This document shows, piece by piece, positions 18,811-23,852 of a stretch of DNA of 23,852 nt; position 1 is the first letter of the stretch, and each line of letters opens with the position of its first letter. The notes beneath the pieces were generated by a model. The model had not been told where the DNA came from. It saw only the letters and a program-made list of their open reading frames with translations, and searched no databases. A program made the position numbers and the translations under genes. Source of the stretch: Candidatus Helarchaeota ASGARD archaeon Hel_GB_B (lineage in GTDB: Archaea; Asgardarchaeota; Lokiarchaeia; Helarchaeales; HEL-GB-B); contig SUPR01000054.1 of NCBI GenBank assembly GCA_005191425.1, positions 1 through 23,852 on the forward strand, written 5' to 3'.

Positions 18811-19992
18811 TCATTTCTCTTTTTTTGTACCAAATTTCTTGCTAAATATTTCTTTTATATCACTATTTAATGGGTCTCCTCCATGACTAAAGATTCCTAA
18901 CATTTCTTGACTTATGACCTTGTCTATTCCTGATATTAAATCATTTGCACTTTCATTTTCTACTATTTCTCCATAAACTTTTTCTTCCAAACTCCTCATA
19001 CGCACCATTATCTTCTTTAATGTATCCATAATTGAGACATTAAACTTTATAAACGCGTCCATTATATCCTCCATTACACCAATGACCTCTTTCATATCTC
19101 CATTTATTACATGTCCAACTTCTCCTTCTCTTAAATACCTTTTTAATTCTTTTACTACATTTTTTCCTCCCATTACATAATTATAGATGCTAGTCGTATA
19201 AAATTCGCATTGATATCCATCAATCACTTCTTTAATCATCTCTTGTAACTTCACAATTTTCTCATACCATTTCGGGTCTTCCTCTAATTCTGGATCAAAT
19301 TTATGTAATAATATATTTATCTCTGGAACTTCACCTAAATATTCCATTACCTCTAATACCTTCTTTAAATAATGTACTGCCTCATAATATCTTTCTTCGT
19401 CCTGCACGTCCACTACATAAAACATAACTTCTATTCCCATTAAATATCTCTCTGGGTTCTTTAAATATGTCTCTTGATACAATTTCTGGCCTCCAAAATC
19501 CCAAATGCTATAATTTGATTCTACTCCTACTATTTCATGTCTATCTACTCCTTTTGTTGGTAATATCCCCATTAATGTATTTAATCCAAATTTTCCAGTT
19601 ATCAAATTTATTATTGTAGTTTTTCCTGCATTGTCTAACCCCATGAACACTATTTTTTTCTTATTTTCATTCTTTATTTTATCTATATCGCTTATTATCT
19701 TACTAGCTGCTATCCATTTCTCAAGACTTGATACTGAAACTCCCATACTCCTTATTTCTCGCATTTCTTCCGGACTTATTTCTACCTCTGCTAGCTCTTT
19801 TATTGTAGATATCCCCAATATCTTTTTTATTATATGATTTGTTTGTACATCTAAGTCTTTTAATGCAATTATTGGTAAATCTTTTATTAACTCAATTTGA
19901 TCTGGGATTTTGTTTACTCTTAATAACTCAAATATCCGGTTCTTGTTAATTACATGTTCATTCCTTTTATTCATTATTTCTTTTTCCTTCAT
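18811..19992 (-). CDS. Asgard-type small GTPase (Arf/Rag-like) with an N-terminal HhH-like domain and a C-terminal coiled-coil region
   Basis: G1 GLDNAGKTT (19615-19641), G2 PTKG, G3 WDFGGQ (19486-19503), G4 HKFD (19294-19305), G5 TSIY (19183-19194). N-terminal 'LGISTIKELAE..GVSVSSLEKWIAAS'. Confidence 0.9.
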   Translation of the reverse strand: MKEKEIMNKRNEHVINKNRIFELLRVNKIPDQIELIKDLPIIALKDLDVQTNHIIKKILGISTIKELAEVEISPEEMREIRSMGVSVSSLEKWIAASKIISDIDKIKNENKKKIVFMGLDNAGKTTIINLITGKFGLNTLMGILPTKGVDRHEIVGVESNYSIWDFGGQKLYQETYLKNPERYLMGIEVMFYVVDVQDEERYYEAVHYLKKVLEVMEYLGEVPEINILLHKFDPELEEDPKWYEKIVKLQEMIKEVIDGYQCEFYTTSIYNYVMGGKNVVKELKRYLREGEVGHVINGDMKEVIGVMEDIMDAFIKFNVSIMDTLKKIMVRMRSLEEKVYGEIVENESANDLISGIDKVISQEMLGIFSHGGDPLNSDIKEIFSKKFGTKKEK

Positions 19993-20302
19993 GTTTCTAC
20001 TTCCTTTCTTTTTTCTATTAATTTGCTTTTTTTATTATTTTTTTAACTCTTTTTAAGTGCTTTTTTTAATATTCTTTATTTTCTTTTTATTTCTCTTTTT
20101 TACTATTCTTATTTATTTATTCTTTAGCTCTTTGTTATTCATTTCCTATTTTTTTAATCTTTATTCCATTCTTTACCTACTTAATACCCATTTCTTCTCC
20201 ATTTTTCATTATCATTATCTCCTTTTACTATCTATTATTTCTGCAAATTTTTTATACTACCACTTATTCCTCTTTATTAATCACTCCAAACTGGTTTTCA
20301 CC

Positions 20303-21637
20303 TTGAATAAAGTCGAACTTTTATCTCCAGCTAAAAATATGAAAGCCTTAAAAGCGGCTATTCCTAACAGTGATACTATTTACTTTGGAATTAAAGGATT
20401 CAATATGCGCCAAAATGCTGATAATTTTGATCTCTCCGAACTTGCATCAGCTGTCAAATTTTGCCACGATAATAATGTCAAAGCTATTCTTGCTACTAAT
20501 ATTCTTGTTTATGATAATGAACTTGACCAACTTCGCTTTATTCTTGAATCAGCTTATTATTCTGATATTGATGCTGCTATTGTCCATGATTTTGCTGCTA
20601 TTCAAATTGCACAAGATCTTAAACTTCCATTCCATATCTCCACCCAATGTAATGTTTCTAACTCGCTCTCTGCCCAATTCTACGAAAAATTAGGTGCTTC
20701 TTATATTATTCTTGCGCGTGAATGTTCTTTAAAACAAATTAAGTCCATTAAAAAGAACCTTCGTTCTGCCAAAATAGAAGCTTTTATTCATGGTGCTATG
20801 TGTTCCGCTGTTTCTGGGAGGTGCTACCTTTCTGCCACTATTTGTGGCTCTGATGAAAAATCTGCTAACCGCGGAAGGTGCACTCAACCTTGCAGGCGAT
20901 CTTGGCGCGTTTTCGATAATGATAATCATGAATTCATCTTTGATGGCACCCGTTTTATGAATTCCCGGGATCTCTGTATGGTACATCATATCCCAGAAAT
21001 GATCGAAGCTGGCATCGATGCTTTCAAAATTGAAGGCAGAATGCGCGATCCATATTATGTAGATGTTGTGTCATCTATTTATCGGCAGGCTATTGAGGCT
21101 TATTACAATAATTCATTCTCTAAAAAAAAGGCATCCCTCTGGATTAAAGAACTACGCAAAGTTTATAACCGGGGGTTCACCACTGGCTTTTACTTTAAAC
21201 GCCCTACCGAATTCGACCACCAACATAAATCCCCTTCTAACCTTTCTCATTACCGCCTCATAAAAATCGCTACTATTACCCAATATGACCCTAACTCTCA
21301 ATTAGCTTCTATCTCTCTCTTTAATGGCAAAATCTTTAACAAACTCCAAATTATCGTTATGGGCGACTATTCCTCTGATACCTATTTTAAACAAAAAATT
21401 CATACTATTCTTCTTAATAACTCTAAAGTTAACTCATCCCCTTATTCCTCTCCTCAAAAACCACTTTCACTTCAAATTAAATTATCTCAACCAGCTAAAC
21501 CACTTTCTGATCATATCTATGTATTCTCCAATTATACCTATAAAAATCGTTCTTACTATTTCAAGTCTAAAAAATCTCAATCTCAGACTGATTATAAACC
21601 TTCTAAATCCGACTTTTACTTGTTTAAATCTTCTTGA
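20303..21637 (+). CDS. Peptidase U32 family Fe-S protein (TrhP/RlhA/UbiU-like hydroxylase)
   Basis: Start placed at TTG 20303 (MNKVELLSPA); the upstream ORF extension is F/L/I-rich compositional noise. Motifs FHISTQ, FIHGAMCSAVSGRCYLS, ANRGRCTQPCR, MNSRDLC, FKIEGR, NRGFTTGFY. Confidence 0.9.
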   Translation: MNKVELLSPAKNMKALKAAIPNSDTIYFGIKGFNMRQNADNFDLSELASAVKFCHDNNVKAILATNILVYDNELDQLRFILESAYYSDIDAAIVHDFAAIQIAQDLKLPFHISTQCNVSNSLSAQFYEKLGASYIILARECSLKQIKSIKKNLRSAKIEAFIHGAMCSAVSGRCYLSATICGSDEKSANRGRCTQPCRRSWRVFDNDNHEFIFDGTRFMNSRDLCMVHHIPEMIEAGIDAFKIEGRMRDPYYVDVVSSIYRQAIEAYYNNSFSKKKASLWIKELRKVYNRGFTTGFYFKRPTEFDHQHKSPSNLSHYRLIKIATITQYDPNSQLASISLFNGKIFNKLQIIVMGDYSSDTYFKQKIHTILLNNSKVNSSPYSSPQKPLSLQIKLSQPAKPLSDHIYVFSNYTYKNRSYYFKSKKSQSQTDYKPSKSDFYLFKSS

Positions 21638-21791
21638 TTTTTTATTATACTTAATATCTGATTGACATTACTCATTTTACTCTTACTTTATCGTCCAAAC
21701 TATTATCTAAAATTGACTTGTTTATTACCCACTTTCTGTCTTTCTTAACTTTAATCCATTTTTATTAATTATCTTTTAAGTAATCTCTTTT

Positions 21792-23264
21792 TTAACCCAA
21801 GAATCTCCTGATATTTGCAGCTTGTAATATAAACTCCTCTAAATATTCCATATTATCTCTCTTTATTATACTTATTATTTGATCTGTCACTCTCTTATGT
21901 TCTTTATTAATCTCAAAATCTAATGGATATTCTTTTATGAACTTTTTAACTTCTTTTGGTAGAAATGGTGAATCCGAATTATAATATCTTAGTGCATCTC
22001 TTAAATCCTCTTCTATATTTATATATACTTTCTTCAAAAAATGAAAGTCTTCTACCCCTAATATATTTAGCCCTAAAATCTCTGGTGGAACTCCTATTGA
22101 ATATAATGACGTTGTAAATTTTATTGCTCTTGGCAATGTTATTCTCCTATCACCTATTTCTAATCCCCTTGAATATCCAAACAACCCTATATGTAATTTC
22201 CTTTTTCTCCTATTTGGGATATATTTAGCAACTTTATTCATTATTAAAGCTAATCCTAATACTTGCCTCTGATATTCCTTGCTATATTTCTCTATTATTT
22301 CTAAACATTTCTCCTCTTCAATTTCATTTGCTCTTTTCACACTCTTATTTTTTATTTTTTTAATTCCCGACATCACTTCCTCTGGCGAATAATCATATTT
22401 AAATGACGACTGAATTGTAAATGTATAAACACTTGGATATTCTTTTATTATTCGTTCTACTGTTTCAGGTTTTAGATTTCCTCTAAATGGCGCCGAACCT
22501 ACCCCCACTATAGGATATATTTTTACTCCGGTCTCTTTTGATATCCGCTCTAACCTATTTAATGCTATCTTATTTAGTAATACCGCACTTATTAACCCAT
22601 AATTCATCGCTGGATCTGACCTCGCTAGAAATACTCTCTGATAAAATAACTCTTTACCTTTTATATATTCCCTTGTTATTACATCTGCCTCTAACATATG
22701 TTCCATATCCTCATATAACGGTATCACATTTATTTTCTCTGGTAAAAAATTTCCAATCCATTCCGCAATTTTTACACCTTCGTCCCTAAACTTTTTCTCC
22801 TGTTTCCCTACTACATAATCTCTATAATACCAATATACCCTGTTTAATGATTTATAATCTGTTGTCATTGGCAATATAACCTCAAAAATCGGCGCTATCT
22901 CTTCTTTGTAGAATATTTTTGCTATATCAAAAGATCTCGGTATACTTTCTAATGTTTCTAATAGTATTTTCGCATCCGATTTCTCTATCGATGGGTTCGG
23001 AACTCTTAATGTTAAAAAAATGTCTTCTCCTAACTTTTTTTCAATAAAAAAATTTCTATATCGCGTCAATAATTTCTTTACTACATAATTGTCTACTTCT
23101 TTACCTTCACAATCCCACATCTGCTCATCGCAGCCTAAATGTGAAAATGAATAATACGCCTCTTTTATTTCATCCTCACCTTCTAATATCGCATCTCTCG
23201 CAAAAAAGGGCGATGCTACATTATCCGGATGCTGTGTACTCATACATTTTGGTACCTTTACCAT
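21792..23264 (-). CDS. ppcA: Phosphoenolpyruvate carboxylase, archaeal type
   Basis: 'VPKCMSTQHPDN', 'EQMWDCEGK', 'RVFLARSDPAMNYG', 'IVGVGSAPFRG', 'FTIQSSFKYD', 'RKRKLHIGLFGYSR', 'LPRAIKFT..LYSIGVPPE'. Start placed at ATG 23264 with GGAG upstream (490 aa). Confidence 0.95.
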   Translation of the reverse strand: MVKVPKCMSTQHPDNVASPFFARDAILEGEDEIKEAYYSFSHLGCDEQMWDCEGKEVDNYVVKKLLTRYRNFFIEKKLGEDIFLTLRVPNPSIEKSDAKILLETLESIPRSFDIAKIFYKEEIAPIFEVILPMTTDYKSLNRVYWYYRDYVVGKQEKKFRDEGVKIAEWIGNFLPEKINVIPLYEDMEHMLEADVITREYIKGKELFYQRVFLARSDPAMNYGLISAVLLNKIALNRLERISKETGVKIYPIVGVGSAPFRGNLKPETVERIIKEYPSVYTFTIQSSFKYDYSPEEVMSGIKKIKNKSVKRANEIEEEKCLEIIEKYSKEYQRQVLGLALIMNKVAKYIPNRRKRKLHIGLFGYSRGLEIGDRRITLPRAIKFTTSLYSIGVPPEILGLNILGVEDFHFLKKVYINIEEDLRDALRYYNSDSPFLPKEVKKFIKEYPLDFEINKEHKRVTDQIISIIKRDNMEYLEEFILQAANIRRFLG

Positions 23265-23720
23265 TTTTTGTTCTCCATTTTTTCTCTTCACTTTTCTGTT
23301 TCTCTCTTTCTATTTTCTCTCATATTATAAAAATTTTCTTTATATGATCTATATCCCTTTTTATTTAATCTATTTTCTCCCTATCTACCTTGATTATATT
23401 TTAAATAAGTCCATCCCAACCTTTAACTTTTTATATATACTCCTTCTTTTTCTTAACCTCTTATCCGTTCCTTTTATTTTCTCCTTTTCTTTTTTATTTT
23501 TATAACTTTTTAACTCCTTTATTCTTCTTTTTCCACACATCTCATGTATTCATAATTAATAATTATTCATGTTAATTTATTCCATTTCCTTAAATTTTAA
23601 TTCTTATACCTTCTTTTTTTATTTGCATTCTTTATATTACAATTACATTATAACTTCAAAAACCAATTTTTTATTCATACGACTTTTTACAAAATCCTAT
23701 GCTTTAAAAATAAAACATCT

Positions 23721-23852
23721 TTAATTTTTATTTTTTTCCACTATTTTTCCGCCGCAGTTCTCTATTACTTTTAACACAAGTCCCACCGACCTTCCTAACA
23801 TCTTTTTTCCTATTTCCATTTCTTTTATTATTCCTTTCACCAAATCTGGAAA
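23721..23852 (-). CDS. 3' end of a hypothetical protein running off the window
   Basis: Open frame from the window edge reads FPDLVKGIIKEMEIGKKMLGRSVGLVLKVIENCGGKIVEKNKN-stop. It is visibly more GC-rich than the flanking intergenic DNA. Not in the ORF track; family not recognised. Confidence 0.6.
   Translation of the reverse strand, partial: FPDLVKGIIKEMEIGKKMLGRSVGLVLKVIENCGGKIVEKNKN

Noticed and set aside
20057-20302. Hydrophobic 82-aa N-terminal extension of the U32 ORF that looks like TM helices
   Set aside because: It is translation of T-rich intergenic DNA; family similarity begins at ELLSPA just after TTG 20303.
17409-21637. TGA stops (giant protein, GTPase, U32) as possible selenocysteine readthrough
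   Set aside because: Downstream frames close quickly or are low-complexity, the proteins look complete at the TGA, and no SECIS-like hairpin was seen.
1490-23347. The 21 short (60-157 aa) ORFs in the track that overlap long genes, e.g. 1514-1726, 7158-7382, 8826-9029, 14242-14598, 16150-16623, 22538-22789
   Set aside because: All lie within or antisense to well-supported genes (a few extend into adjacent AT-rich spacers). They have L/I/F/S-biased, motif-free sequences explained by AT richness and strand skew.
23395-23541. 48-aa very basic minus-strand ORF (MCGKRRIKELKSYK...) resembling a ribosomal protein
   Set aside because: K/R/E richness follows from the purine-rich minus strand; no recognisable motif.
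1-23852. tRNA, rRNA, CRISPR arrays, transposases or integrases
   Set aside because: No GC-rich structured RNA-like segment, regularly spaced direct repeats or mobile-element ORFs were seen by eye.

Overview
AT-rich archaeal window, most likely from an Asgard archaeon (Lokiarchaeia/Helarchaeales-like). This is inferred from TFB, Mch and archaeal-type PEP carboxylase occurring with a roadblock protein, an Arf/Rag-like small GTPase and a membrane-anchored longin-domain protein. It holds 13 well-supported complete genes plus a probable partial gene at the right edge: roadblock/LC7, tmk, a three-gene operon (giant transglutaminase-like/DUF4129 surface protein, DUF4350-like membrane protein, MoxR AAA+), mch, a radical SAM protein, tfb, a ~1660-aa receptor-like protein with a cytoplasmic longin domain, a GNAT acetyltransferase, an HhH-fused small GTPase, a U32-family Fe-S protein and ppcA. 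No rRNA, tRNA, CRISPR array or mobile element was recognised. The best candidates for new biology are (i) the single-pass receptor-like longin protein with a nearby HhH-GTPase, (ii) a transglutaminase domain that appears catalytically dead, in a MoxR operon lacking its usual DUF58/vWA gene, and (iii) a thymidylate kinase with a non-canonical P-loop. All domain calls come from motif recognition by eye; no database searches were run.
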